Of a DNA stretch of 64,000 nucleotides, positions 39,050 through 48,460 are shown in pieces. The notes beneath the pieces were generated by a model. It did not search any database. It was given only the letters and a program-made list of their open reading frames with translations, and was not told the origin of the DNA. Location of the stretch: IMG/VR virus record IMGVR_UViG_3300033997_000092, positions 197,033 to 261,032 of that record; one strand, 5' to 3'. The position numbers were made by a program, and so were the translations under genes. Every line of letters begins with the position of its first letter. Position 1 is the first letter of the stretch.

Positions 39050-39850
39050 ATGGAACAGTTAAAAACATCATTTGATTTTGTTGAAGATGACCAAAGGCCT
39101 GTAACACAGGTTGTAGCTGATTGGACAGACTTAATTGCAAAGTCCGTTAAAGAAGACCTTGTTGTGCTGCATGAAGGTCAGTGGTTCGACCCAAATATCA
39201 TGGCAACTGCCGATGAATACACTATGCACATCCTGGTACTTACAGGCAAGCTGTGGCCAACGCACGTAATTGTCAACCATGTGTCTGTTAAAGCAGATTC
39301 AGACGAAGACAGTGCTTGGAAAGACACGGCACCTGCTCCTGTACTCCACAATGAGCTTAGCTGGTTACGTGGTATTTTGCCTACGCTGCGTGGTAACGTC
39401 AAGTCCCGTGTCCGTTGTAGTTTACGTGCGTTAGAACTTGCGTTACCTCACATCAATAAAGGCAACTACATTCTGCAACGTGAATTCTTTGCCGAGGTAG
39501 GTCGCCTTACTCGTTTGGTTATCAATTGGAAGAATAAACAGGGTAATTACAACGATGTACTGAAACAGCGTTTCCTATATCTCGATGCAGCTATGCAGAA
39601 GTTAACTGGTAAATCGGCTGACCGTATGCGTATGTCCTTGTACTATGCCCACGACCAGAAGCACAAAGCTGTTGTTGGTCGCGCAGTAAAAGCTTGGATT
39701 GAAGGTGGCCTCAATCAACCACTTTGGTTTCCTCCTGCAGGAACTGATAAAGGTAAGTTGAACAGTGACGGAACCATCGACGTATCGTTCAGATTCAATC
39801 CTGATTATGGAAAAATAACAGATGTCGAAACAGATGCTGGTTCAAGCTAA
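39050..39850 (+). CDS. Hypothetical protein
   Basis: 266-aa ORF in operon. Confidence 0.55.
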   Translation: MEQLKTSFDFVEDDQRPVTQVVADWTDLIAKSVKEDLVVLHEGQWFDPNIMATADEYTMHILVLTGKLWPTHVIVNHVSVKADSDEDSAWKDTAPAPVLHNELSWLRGILPTLRGNVKSRVRCSLRALELALPHINKGNYILQREFFAEVGRLTRLVINWKNKQGNYNDVLKQRFLYLDAAMQKLTGKSADRMRMSLYYAHDQKHKAVVGRAVKAWIEGGLNQPLWFPPAGTDKGKLNSDGTIDVSFRFNPDYGKITDVETDAGSS

Positions 39851-40250
39851 ATCTAAGGCCTTTCTCCACAGAGTGGTCAAAAGCAAGTTTATTGAAGTTG
39901 CCGATAAAGCAGCAGAGGATATTCTTACACGGCGCGCTTATGCCTATATTATATCCTATTCACCGAAGCTTGAACCAACAAGTGGTTACATGACGTTAGT
40001 TCACATTCTATCTGTCATACGTCCAGGTAACATTCCAAAACCAGGAACTTTACCTACAGGTGAATACAGTTTCGTATTAGATTCAGTTGTAGTGTCCTTG
40101 AACGAGGCTGGCAAGGCTCGTATGGCCAAGTTTGGCATTGTTTCATTCAAGGACGAAGACTACGACCTAGAAGATTTTGTCGAAGCCGTATCTTTGACAG
40201 GCAACTTGGAAAACATTGATGATAAGTCTGACGAACAAAGCTCAGCTTAA
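39822..40250 (+). CDS. Hypothetical protein
   Basis: Overlapping operon ORF. Confidence 0.5.
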   Translation: MSKQMLVQAKSKAFLHRVVKSKFIEVADKAAEDILTRRAYAYIISYSPKLEPTSGYMTLVHILSVIRPGNIPKPGTLPTGEYSFVLDSVVVSLNEAGKARMAKFGIVSFKDEDYDLEDFVEAVSLTGNLENIDDKSDEQSSA

Positions 40251-41091
40251 ATTGATGAAGAAGAGGTCGTATGCTTCGGTTGAAGAAATCTCTGACTTAA
40301 CTGGACAGACACTGACAACCGAAGCCTACTGCGACGATGTCCCTGATTTGGATGCTACCGTTCTAGTGTGTCCAAAGGGGGATCGTCTGCGCCCACGTTA
40401 CTTCGGAATCTTTTCAGCTAGAAAGAACATTAAAGGTGACTACGTTATTTCTGTTGAGCAGGCCCTTAGTCGGATGAATGCCGATAGCTTCAATTTGATA
40501 TTTGCCAAGCCGGCAATACAATCAAGCGAACGCGACAGGCTCCTAACTCTATATGAGAAACAATTAAGGGCGCATGAAAAACATGCCAATGGGAAAGGAC
40601 TTGGAGTACCTATACCAAAAGCCAGCCCAGAAGAAATAATGAAAGCAATGGAAGAACTTGAAGAACGTCCTGACGCTAACTATGGCAGATGTACAATCAT
40701 TTCTCCTAACATGCTACAGCAGCCAGACAAACTGCGTCTGCTGTTTGAGACAATAAAATTGCCTTTTAATTGGGGCCGTTCCTATTTTATGACGCCCTCA
40801 ATTTACCGTGAGTTTTTGTGTAAGAACATCAAGTGGATATTAGAGACTATGGATATTTCCATACGTCATTACGATGGCCGTCCTTGTGTACGCATAAAGA
40901 AAATGCACAGCAAGATATTCGCAGGTTATATTCATTCGATGTGCGAGAATAACCGAAAGCAAGTAGTCTTGTCTGGTAAAGAAATATGCCAAGTCATATC
41001 AAATACCTGGGGCATCGATTGCAGGCTTCCTGAAATTGAATCTCTTTGGTCAGTGTCTGTGATCAAACGAACAAAGAAAAAGAAGGATTGA
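40216..41091 (+). CDS. Hypothetical protein (start uncertain)
   Basis: 291-aa basic ORF. Confidence 0.5.
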   Translation: MMISLTNKAQLKLMKKRSYASVEEISDLTGQTLTTEAYCDDVPDLDATVLVCPKGDRLRPRYFGIFSARKNIKGDYVISVEQALSRMNADSFNLIFAKPAIQSSERDRLLTLYEKQLRAHEKHANGKGLGVPIPKASPEEIMKAMEELEERPDANYGRCTIISPNMLQQPDKLRLLFETIKLPFNWGRSYFMTPSIYREFLCKNIKWILETMDISIRHYDGRPCVRIKKMHSKIFAGYIHSMCENNRKQVVLSGKEICQVISNTWGIDCRLPEIESLWSVSVIKRTKKKKD

Positions 41092-41094
41092 ACT

Positions 41095-41727
41095 ATGATG
41101 TCTCCAAACATAGATGAAGAATATTACTCGTTGAACGATGATGTTAAACAGCGCGTTATCAAACGTCTGCAGGTCGTTGCAGGTAAAACATTGGACGTTG
41201 TTATTTCTGAAGACAATGTTGAAATTCTGGCTTCACTGATATTCCAGCAGACGCATCCTATCCGCATGTTAGGTGCTTTGTCCGCTTTAGGCTGTGGTGA
41301 TTTACAATCACTGGCTGTGTCAGGTTTCTTTGATTTACGTGACGCTACTCTGGAAAAGTTACGCGCGAATTTAGGTAAACGTGTTTCGTTCTCTCCTATC
41401 GAAGAAATACGTGGTGTGCCACGCTCATACATTACTTTCCATGACGTGGAACATACTGTAACGCTGACGCGGTTCGCATTTGGTAACTGTCCGTGGTGGG
41501 ATCCTGACACAATTGTCATGGCGCACGACGGTCTTTTGTTGTGGGTATCGTCAGAAGACTTAGCTGCCGATAAAGAAAACCACAAAGGCATCGACTATAC
41601 AATCGTCGGTGACGTTCACCACATCCGTGGAACAAAAATGCTGTACGATCAGCAGAACAAACTAACTGTGAATCCAGTCACGCTGAATGCGTATGGTGTA
41701 TTCAATGTTCGTGGAGATACCGAATGA
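41095..41727 (+). CDS. Hypothetical protein
   Basis: 210-aa ORF. Confidence 0.5.
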   Translation: MMSPNIDEEYYSLNDDVKQRVIKRLQVVAGKTLDVVISEDNVEILASLIFQQTHPIRMLGALSALGCGDLQSLAVSGFFDLRDATLEKLRANLGKRVSFSPIEEIRGVPRSYITFHDVEHTVTLTRFAFGNCPWWDPDTIVMAHDGLLLWVSSEDLAADKENHKGIDYTIVGDVHHIRGTKMLYDQQNKLTVNPVTLNAYGVFNVRGDTE

Positions 41728-42188
41728 ATATTATGGAACATGCCCTGCTTGCAACAGTAGTCCTTTACATTGTGTTGGCTCTGGCACTGTTTGGTTTCGT
41801 TACACTGTACTTCCTTTTCTACTACAGAAAAGCACTGTATCACATTCTCGCCAGTTACCAGTATTTCAGTAGTCCTGAGCATTCGCGTGGTTACACAGGT
41901 AACACTGAATTCAAAATGTCTTACAGGACACTGTACGCTCTGTATAAAGCCTTTTCCCAGTTAGCTGATGAAGGCTTGCCGTGGACAATGTGTCCTAAGT
42001 GCAGCACTAAAACGCATGAAATGAAAGAACCGTTTAACATGCGTGAACATCCGAGTAAGCAATCTAGCCTGTACATCAAAACATGCGGGTCATGTAAACA
42101 CGAATCTACTTGGACATTTGGACCAGGTATTTGGATTCATGTACCAGATGTGTGGCATGACAAAGAGGAAAGCAAAAATGAAAACTAA
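41724..42188 (+). CDS. Membrane-anchored zinc-ribbon protein
   Basis: N-terminal TM helix; CPKC...CGSC. Confidence 0.55.
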   Translation: MNIMEHALLATVVLYIVLALALFGFVTLYFLFYYRKALYHILASYQYFSSPEHSRGYTGNTEFKMSYRTLYALYKAFSQLADEGLPWTMCPKCSTKTHEMKEPFNMREHPSKQSSLYIKTCGSCKHESTWTFGPGIWIHVPDVWHDKEESKNEN

Positions 42189-42519
42189 AATCCTGATAGT
42201 CGATCCCTTCCGTGACTACGAATTCCCATTTGTTAACACGGACACACTATTGTTGATTCAAAACAAGCGCCCTGTTAAGCTAATGTCCAGCGGCTTCTTT
42301 GGAACTGTGATTATCAACGACATGGCTCTACGCGAACTATGTCCTCAGATGGTTCAGTTTTTAATTGATTGTTGTACGCATACAATCAACAATTGTGCCT
42401 ATGCTGGCGATGTTGACTTCCAGATTTTCTTAGCTGGTAAGCTGGAGTACCAATCTAAGTTCTCGCTGCTGGAAGAAAAGCTACGTGAGTTGATTAAACC
42501 AGAGAACCATCAGGAGTAG
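42178..42519 (+). CDS. Hypothetical protein (start revised to ATG 42178)
   Basis: RBS GAGG before MKTKILIV. Confidence 0.5.
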   Translation: MKTKILIVDPFRDYEFPFVNTDTLLLIQNKRPVKLMSSGFFGTVIINDMALRELCPQMVQFLIDCCTHTINNCAYAGDVDFQIFLAGKLEYQSKFSLLEEKLRELIKPENHQE

Positions 42520-42521
42520 CT

Positions 42522-43307
42522 ATGCACACTATACAACCTACAACAACATTATTAGATATAGCTGTTCCAGTTTATTCATTACGTGGACTACAGCAAGTTG
42601 ACTTTGGTATGGTAGGAGCCTATTTGGATTCTATCACTCGTGGTGATATAACGGCAGCACTGGTAATCTTTGCCTCAAAATACCCAACTGATACAAATCC
42701 AGAAGAACCAATCTACGTTCCTTTAGTATCAGTTTATGATGTGGCAACAGACACGTTGAACTATACACGTTTGCCTGAGTCCGTTGACTCTATGCCAATA
42801 CCTGCGGCAACTCCTGACTCAAGTAACACGCACATAAAGGTTCCTGGGATTCCTGGCGTGTTTCGTAAAGATGTTCTTACTACCAAACGCTTTAACCATC
42901 GCCACAATATGTTCAGGCGTTCTACAAAAGGTATTTTGAACTTCCAAAACAAACACTTTACCTCTATGTACAGTCGGACCGATTTAGAAAATCTCCGCAG
43001 TATGGACGCATTGCCTAGCTGGGCTACGCATGTTTATACACCTGGCTCACAGGATGCACGTATTGGGTCTCCTTATGACCGCATCTATCGCTTGGCGACA
43101 TACAGGTTTGTCGGTGAAACTCAGGAAACTGGTGAGAATAAGCTGGTGTATTTCCAACAAGAGCCAGTACCATCGTTCTATACGGCCAATGCACAAGCCG
43201 CTGAAATACTGAAAACACGGTCTGCTAAAGTAATGACTATTGTTCCGCAGGACAGCAAGATAATCTGGACGTTGGACTCTTTCTTTAATCCATTGAGTTG
43301 CCTATGA
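42522..43307 (+). CDS. Hypothetical protein
   Basis: RBS AGGAG; 261 aa. Confidence 0.55.
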   Translation: MHTIQPTTTLLDIAVPVYSLRGLQQVDFGMVGAYLDSITRGDITAALVIFASKYPTDTNPEEPIYVPLVSVYDVATDTLNYTRLPESVDSMPIPAATPDSSNTHIKVPGIPGVFRKDVLTTKRFNHRHNMFRRSTKGILNFQNKHFTSMYSRTDLENLRSMDALPSWATHVYTPGSQDARIGSPYDRIYRLATYRFVGETQETGENKLVYFQQEPVPSFYTANAQAAEILKTRSAKVMTIVPQDSKIIWTLDSFFNPLSCL

Positions 43308-43729
43308 AACGACTGGTAAAGATGCTACTACACTGTCCTGATGTTCTCCCTATGACATTGCTTGGTCCTACTTCATGTCTGTCAGAAATACATGCGCTGT
43401 GCGGAAAGACACATAACGAACACGGACTACATCAGGTACCTGATATTTTCAGCGCAGCGAACTTCAATGTTGAACTTTACCGCAACTCGTTTGGTATAAA
43501 GTGGGACGCAGAAGGTAAACCTTTCAACGAAGTTAAGTGTGTTATCGAAATAGGCGATGCCAACGTAGCCGATCCTAGTGATTACAGCTACGTGCATATT
43601 AATGAAAGGACCACTGTAGAAAACAAGCACCTACTCAGGTATGTCAATCATGGATCAAACACATCCAGAATTCCTGGAATTGGTTTCTTCAGCCCTTACT
43701 ATTGTTATTTAGGTACTTCAATAGGATGA
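43304..43729 (+). CDS. Hypothetical protein
   Basis: ATGA overlap with the upstream stop. Confidence 0.45.
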   Translation: MKRLVKMLLHCPDVLPMTLLGPTSCLSEIHALCGKTHNEHGLHQVPDIFSAANFNVELYRNSFGIKWDAEGKPFNEVKCVIEIGDANVADPSDYSYVHINERTTVENKHLLRYVNHGSNTSRIPGIGFFSPYYCYLGTSIG

Positions 43730-43989
43730 ATTTGTCAAAACTAACCAAAGCAATCCGCTTTGAAACCCAGGCGGATAAGTTACTGAAAACTTGGGACAGA
43801 CGTTATGAAGAAGGCTGCACTTACGCATATCAGCGGGTATGTGAGGCTGGACCTGACATGACCCAAGTAAATCAAGTCATACAAGAGTTGGAGCTGAATA
43901 TTGCTCTGTCTGACTTAGGTGGCCAGAAGACAAGTGCTTTCGATGAAGGCGTGTTGGCTTATATTCGTAGTTATCGTTTAGCGAGGTAA
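43726..43989 (+). CDS. Hypothetical protein
   Basis: ATGA overlap with the upstream stop. Confidence 0.45.
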   Translation: MNLSKLTKAIRFETQADKLLKTWDRRYEEGCTYAYQRVCEAGPDMTQVNQVIQELELNIALSDLGGQKTSAFDEGVLAYIRSYRLAR

Positions 43990-43991
43990 GT

Positions 43992-44114
43992 ATGTCAGGT
44001 AAAGATGATTTAGATTTAGATAGCTTCGACGAACTGGAAGTTCCAGACGTTGATATTGAAAACAATCAGCCTGCGGAAGACGAAGGTTGTGAAGGCGGCG
44101 CTTGTAAAATCTAA
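43992..44114 (+). CDS. 40-aa acidic peptide resembling the C-terminal redox tail of class Ia ribonucleotide reductase alpha (not in ORF track)
   Basis: Translated by hand: MSGKDDLDLDSFDELEVPDVDIENNQPAEDEGCEGGACKI*; RBS GAGGT; exactly fills the gap between two operon genes. Confidence 0.8.
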   Translation: MSGKDDLDLDSFDELEVPDVDIENNQPAEDEGCEGGACKI

Positions 44115-44123
44115 GGAGATTTC

Positions 44124-44567
44124 ATGGCAAATTTCAACAAACAGGCAGCAACTGTTGTCAGTGGCTTCCCTGGAATCGGCAAATCACACTTCTTTAATCG
44201 CCAACAAGAATTAGGTCTGAAGGTGATGGACAGCGACAGTTCAAAATTCCCAAAAGACAACTTTCCACAGAACTACATGCAACACATTGGTGAGGCTATG
44301 TATCAGTGCGACTACTTGTTGGTAAGTTCACATGATGCGGTACGCCGTGCTTTGGTAGATGCGGGTATAGTTTATACATTGGTCTATCCGCATATTTCAC
44401 TGAAAGATGAATATATGCGTCGGTATAAGGAGCGCGGTTCTCCTCAGCCGTTCTTAGATCTAATGGAAAAGAACTGGGACAGTTTTGTTACTGGTTGTAT
44501 TAACCAAACAGGCTGCAAGCATGTTGTGCTTCAAGCTGGCCAATATATGTCTGACGTAATAGGGTAG
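44124..44567 (+). CDS. P-loop nucleotide kinase-like protein
   Basis: Walker A SGFPGIGKS; DSDSS; RYKERGS lid. Confidence 0.7.
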   Translation: MANFNKQAATVVSGFPGIGKSHFFNRQQELGLKVMDSDSSKFPKDNFPQNYMQHIGEAMYQCDYLLVSSHDAVRRALVDAGIVYTLVYPHISLKDEYMRRYKERGSPQPFLDLMEKNWDSFVTGCINQTGCKHVVLQAGQYMSDVIG

Positions 44568-44571
44568 GCTT

Positions 44572-45288
44572 ATGCTCAGTGAACTGTTAAAATACCTACA
44601 GCAAAACACATCGTTGGCCATGCTGCCTGCGTGGTCTGAAGATCTTATGTATATGTCTAGTGAAGATTCTGATCACTTGCAGCGTACAGCAACCAGTGCT
44701 ATGATGGAAACGTATAAGCTTTTGACTAATGCACTTCCACGTGTGTTCAGCAAAAGTATTGCATTATCTCAGGCACCAAACGAAAACACCCGTGTCACGT
44801 TTGACGTACTGAACGGTTGTGTTGAAGACTACACGGACATGATAAAGACTACATTTATCGCTCGTGGTCAACCGATAGTTGATTACATGGTTGCATCTAT
44901 CCGCAATCAGGTTACAGATTTTGAAATGACTGTCAACTGTTTTATTTTAACTTATACAACTGTTGGTCCATTACTTAATCTAATCCGTACAGGACAATCT
45001 ATTGAACTTGCCTTGTCTGTTTTAGAGTGTTTACCTTCGCACGATAATGAAAATGGACCAATATACTGTCCTGTACTGCCTCCAGGGCCAATAGAACTCT
45101 ATGACTTAGTTGCTACAAGGCGTGGTTTTACTGTAGGCCAACGGGTTACAGAAATTGTTTCAAGGTACGATTGCTTGGTAGCGCAATCAGGCAACAAAGA
45201 AATGTCACTTTACTGGGAAGCTTTGAAAAACTTACCAGGCAACAAAAAAGTTCTGGGGTCATTAGGCTATGAAAACAACTGCAGGTGA
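44572..45288 (+). CDS. Hypothetical protein
   Basis: 238-aa ORF. Confidence 0.5.
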   Translation: MLSELLKYLQQNTSLAMLPAWSEDLMYMSSEDSDHLQRTATSAMMETYKLLTNALPRVFSKSIALSQAPNENTRVTFDVLNGCVEDYTDMIKTTFIARGQPIVDYMVASIRNQVTDFEMTVNCFILTYTTVGPLLNLIRTGQSIELALSVLECLPSHDNENGPIYCPVLPPGPIELYDLVATRRGFTVGQRVTEIVSRYDCLVAQSGNKEMSLYWEALKNLPGNKKVLGSLGYENNCR

Positions 45289-45967
45289 GTTGCGTAAACG
45301 CGGCTTCAATATTCCAGACAATATACCTGACTGCGCTACTACAGAACTCAACGGATACGGAGTTGGTACTGTGTCAGCAGGCCATGACAATTCCCTTCAG
45401 GTAGACTTGCTTGCCAACTTGGGTCCTTTCGAGTGGGTATCGGCTACTGTTGTTGCTAAAGGTCCAGACAAGATAACGCTTGACAAAACTCTATGGCCAG
45501 CTCCTCTGACTTTAGATCATGTCCAGCAGCGCACTCCAACAGAATGCCTGTCTGCCTGTATCGCTATGATAACGCGCATACCTATTGACCGCGTAGTTGC
45601 GGACTTCCATGAGCGTTATAGGCGAGACTGGACTGTAAATGTATCTACATACTTCAACGAAATTGGTTTGAAGCATACGGTGCGTTCTGCTGTCGACCGT
45701 GTCATTGAAGAAGGCTTTGTGTATACAGCCCGTGTGTCTTCGCTGAATAATATCGGCGGCGGCCATGCTGTTGTAATACATAATTGCCCGGATGCTGGTT
45801 TCACTGTTTACGACCCAAACAAAGGTCGTCCTGATACCCGCTATTATGAGTTTGTTAAAACAGACGATCCACTGTCTGAAACATTAACGTCCTACATTAC
45901 TACAACCCAAATAGCTGAGCAGGATTTGCGTGTGTTCTGGGCAGCACAACAGGAGAAAATAGAATGA
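45269..45967 (+). CDS. Peptidase C39-like cysteine protease
   Basis: QQRTPTECLSACIAM...GHAVVI...VYDP (Q, C, H, D arrangement). Confidence 0.7.
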   Translation: MKTTAGELRKRGFNIPDNIPDCATTELNGYGVGTVSAGHDNSLQVDLLANLGPFEWVSATVVAKGPDKITLDKTLWPAPLTLDHVQQRTPTECLSACIAMITRIPIDRVVADFHERYRRDWTVNVSTYFNEIGLKHTVRSAVDRVIEEGFVYTARVSSLNNIGGGHAVVIHNCPDAGFTVYDPNKGRPDTRYYEFVKTDDPLSETLTSYITTTQIAEQDLRVFWAAQQEKIE

Positions 45968-47019
45968 GTCATTCTGGTCGTATCGAAAATGCGTTGACTA
46001 AGCTTAATGCGCTTGGTTGGACGTGTGAAGTCCACAACTTCAAAATTCCACAGTTCAGTATGCACGTTGACTATGATAACAAGCGTCTGGCAATCAACTG
46101 TCCGAAAGCATATCATACAGCGCAGATGCTGGACCACGTACACGATATTACTACTGTTGAAACTGAATCTTTAAGTGGTCAGAAGTGTGTTGTTCGTGGC
46201 GCTTATGTTTATAGCTTTGTTGGTCTGGAAGTCTTTGAATACACTTCTCCAAACTCAGGCGACCATAAAGCATTTGCTAATCTGGTTCTTACTGGAATGC
46301 CACGCAGCATGTACACAGGTGAGTTTTTTCCTGAATCAGAAGACCGTGCTGTAATGCACATTGAAGTCGAAGGCGATGTCAATATCCAGACTCTGGACGC
46401 TGTCGTAGCTGCCGTACAGAACGCAACAGGTTATGTTCGTGAGAAGCCAACTATTCCAGGTCGCTACAATGTTCGCCACATTGCTAAAGAAGGTCAACCT
46501 GAGTTTATCGGTGAAGAAGTTAACGTCTGGTTAGTTGAAGGCGTCCCTTACGTTGACTTAGACCCAGACGGTAGCTGTCCAGTGTCCAGCGTACACGACG
46601 GTTTAGAATGGCAATTGATTGAAAAAGCAGACAGCCCTGTTGCTGAAGACGTTCAGGTATCTGTTTGTGTTCGCCGTTCAGACAGCACAATCGTTACAGC
46701 CGACGATGCTCCTGGTAATGGTGGTGCACACCACGAATACAGTATCTCGACAGTACACGATCCTGAACTCAACTCCTCGTTTAAGATTGCAGTTTTGCGA
46801 TTCCAGAATGGCGGAGTAGCAGAAGTCGGTGTTAACGGTATTCAGATTGAAGACCTGTTAGCTATGAGCGCACATCGTCTGGAGTGTTTCCAAGCAGGTC
46901 CGTTTGCCTGTATTCAAAATCAATCAGCGCTGGAAAGCATTAAACATGCACTTGCTACATTAGACGCACGTACTGCTGACCGCAAGGCTCGTAATGTAGA
47001 AGGCAAACAAGTAGTCTAA
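45964..47019 (+). CDS. Fusion protein with C-terminal Tad1-like anti-defence sponge domain
   Basis: GGAHHEY...FQNG...GVNG..EDLL...RLECFQAGPF...N..AL...RTADRKARNVEG matches the Tad1 family pattern as recalled. Confidence 0.75.
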   Translation: MSHSGRIENALTKLNALGWTCEVHNFKIPQFSMHVDYDNKRLAINCPKAYHTAQMLDHVHDITTVETESLSGQKCVVRGAYVYSFVGLEVFEYTSPNSGDHKAFANLVLTGMPRSMYTGEFFPESEDRAVMHIEVEGDVNIQTLDAVVAAVQNATGYVREKPTIPGRYNVRHIAKEGQPEFIGEEVNVWLVEGVPYVDLDPDGSCPVSSVHDGLEWQLIEKADSPVAEDVQVSVCVRRSDSTIVTADDAPGNGGAHHEYSISTVHDPELNSSFKIAVLRFQNGGVAEVGVNGIQIEDLLAMSAHRLECFQAGPFACIQNQSALESIKHALATLDARTADRKARNVEGKQVV

Positions 47020-47023
47020 CCGT

Positions 47024-47050
47024 AAGAGGGAGCAATTTGCTCCCTCTTTT
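47024..47050 (+). terminator. Rho-independent terminator
   Basis: AAGAGGGAGCAA-T-TTGCTCCCTCTTTT. Confidence 0.85.
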
Positions 47051-47072
47051 CGTTTCTATGGTTCAGAGTCAT

Positions 47073-47160
47073 TATCTCTGTTATCCGTAGCAAAAACAGG
47101 ACACTATAAAACCGACTGTTTTGAGCTATAGTTATCTCTGTTATCCGTTGCATAAATAGG
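47073..47160 (+). repeat. Two copies, 60 bp apart, of the 28-bp element TATCTCTGTTATCCGTWGCAWAAAYAGG
   Basis: Copies at 47073-47100 and 47133-47160; third copy at 57849-57876. Confidence 0.85.
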
Positions 47161-47163
47161 CTA

Positions 47164-47193
47164 TTGACACCCACCCATATACTCTGCTATAAT
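47164..47193 (+). promoter_or_regulatory. Sigma70-type early promoter
   Basis: TTGACA-18 bp-TATAAT with extended -10 TG. Confidence 0.85.
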
Positions 47194-47204
47194 AAGCCCA
47201 TACG

Positions 47205-47519
47205 TTGAACAGGAGAAAGCATATTATGCTGCCTATACAGATAGCTACTGCAATCGTGATAAACAACAACGTACACCGCGCAATATCAGGCGTTAACAGA
47301 ACACGTTTGGGTATTGGAGCTGGTGGCTTTGTTGAACACCGAATCGTTCTTACTCCGCTCGGTCAGAAGTGCATGGACTTAGTGAAGCAGGACAGAGAGG
47401 CAATGCGTTCGGTTATTTACCAACAGCGTGTTGCTGAATTGAAAGCGCGTGGTATTACAAGACCGGGCGATATTATGAAATATACATACGATATGTTTGG
47501 AGGAAAAGTAAGATGGTAA
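47205..47519 (+). CDS. Early hypothetical protein (real start probably the downstream ATG, MLPIQ)
   Basis: First gene after the promoter; RBS AGGAG. Confidence 0.5.
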   Translation: MNRRKHIMLPIQIATAIVINNNVHRAISGVNRTRLGIGAGGFVEHRIVLTPLGQKCMDLVKQDREAMRSVIYQQRVAELKARGITRPGDIMKYTYDMFGGKVRW

Positions 47520-47959
47520 ACTCAAAAGATCTGAAAGCTGGTTCATTAATCGAAGCACAGTTCAACGACGGTCCGAATCGTTCAGGTATCGTAACTGAAC
47601 TCATACACCAGAAAGGAGCAAAAACTGAAGGTGAACTGTTCGGACTACGCGCCTTGTTTTATATGGAGGAGTTTAAAGCACACTGGAATATTTCTATTGA
47701 AACTTCTCAGGTAGTGTTTGTTGCTCCTACGCAGCCGGATTTACCTGCGTTACTTGACGAAGCCAAACAAGCTGTAATGCGCTGGACATGCACTATCGAC
47801 GGCGAAGAATCTGTGCCACTGAGCTTTGCTTCTATGACAATGCCAGAAGACGGCTTCAACCTAAGCAAAGAAGAAGCGGACAAACTAAAGTCGATGCAAG
47901 TCGGCGATAGTTTCGTTGCTGGTGATGAAGGTCAAGCACTGATTAAACGTGTAGCCTGA
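47513..47959 (+). CDS. Early protein with shared C-terminal module
   Basis: C-terminus LSKEEADKLKSMQVGD...LIKRVA. Confidence 0.55.
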   Translation: MVNSKDLKAGSLIEAQFNDGPNRSGIVTELIHQKGAKTEGELFGLRALFYMEEFKAHWNISIETSQVVFVAPTQPDLPALLDEAKQAVMRWTCTIDGEESVPLSFASMTMPEDGFNLSKEEADKLKSMQVGDSFVAGDEGQALIKRVA

Positions 47960-47970
47960 GTTTGATATTA

Positions 47971-47994
47971 GTAGGCATTCCACAGAGTGCCTGC
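47971..47994 (+). other. Conserved intergenic RNA hairpin, copy 1
   Basis: GTAGGCATT-ccacag-AGTGCCTGC. Confidence 0.75.
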
Positions 47995-48025
47995 ACTATA
48001 TGATTCTCAACACAAGGAAAACATT

Positions 48026-48460
48026 ATGTTCGATAACCAAAGCAAAGAAGTAAAATCAATCGCTACACGTTTGGCAAAAATCACCAAGCCTCAAATGGCA
48101 CTTGAACGTATGGCTCAGATTCTAAAAAGCAAAGGCATTAATGGTTATCCGCGTATAGGCCATTATGTACCAGACATCGGATTTATGATTCCATCCACTG
48201 TTCCTGGTTCTGAGTACATAACTGTACCTCTTGTGCCGAAAGTACACGAACACATCAAAGGCCTTATGGAGAATCACAAAGGCTTCATTGTGTTGCGCCA
48301 CAGACCCTTTTCTCTATTAGCTGGGGTTGCTTACCGTTCATCTGATGCGGTCATTGATGAACATGGTGTAGTACATACAGATAAACTTACATTCAACTGT
48401 GAGCGAGTAATGACACTCAGCTTAAACTTAGGCCCACGTTCTTCAAACGGAGATTTATAA
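48026..48460 (+). CDS. Early hypothetical protein (start revised)
   Basis: RBS AAGGA before MFDNQSK. Confidence 0.55.
   Translation: MFDNQSKEVKSIATRLAKITKPQMALERMAQILKSKGINGYPRIGHYVPDIGFMIPSTVPGSEYITVPLVPKVHEHIKGLMENHKGFIVLRHRPFSLLAGVAYRSSDAVIDEHGVVHTDKLTFNCERVMTLSLNLGPRSSNGDL

Noticed and set aside
43298-43989. Genes upstream of the NrdA-tail peptide as a degraded nrdA
   Set aside because: The upstream ORFs are intact, translationally coupled and show no RNR motifs
47081-47089. TTATCCGTA as a DnaA box or replication origin
   Set aside because: Two mismatches to TTATCCACA and no box cluster or AT-rich unwinding region
47073-47160. Possible CRISPR mini-array (28-bp repeat, 32-bp spacer)
   Set aside because: Only two imperfect non-palindromic copies, no cas genes, and the repeat recurs directly upstream of the -35 box at 57849, so it is better explained as a duplicated promoter element
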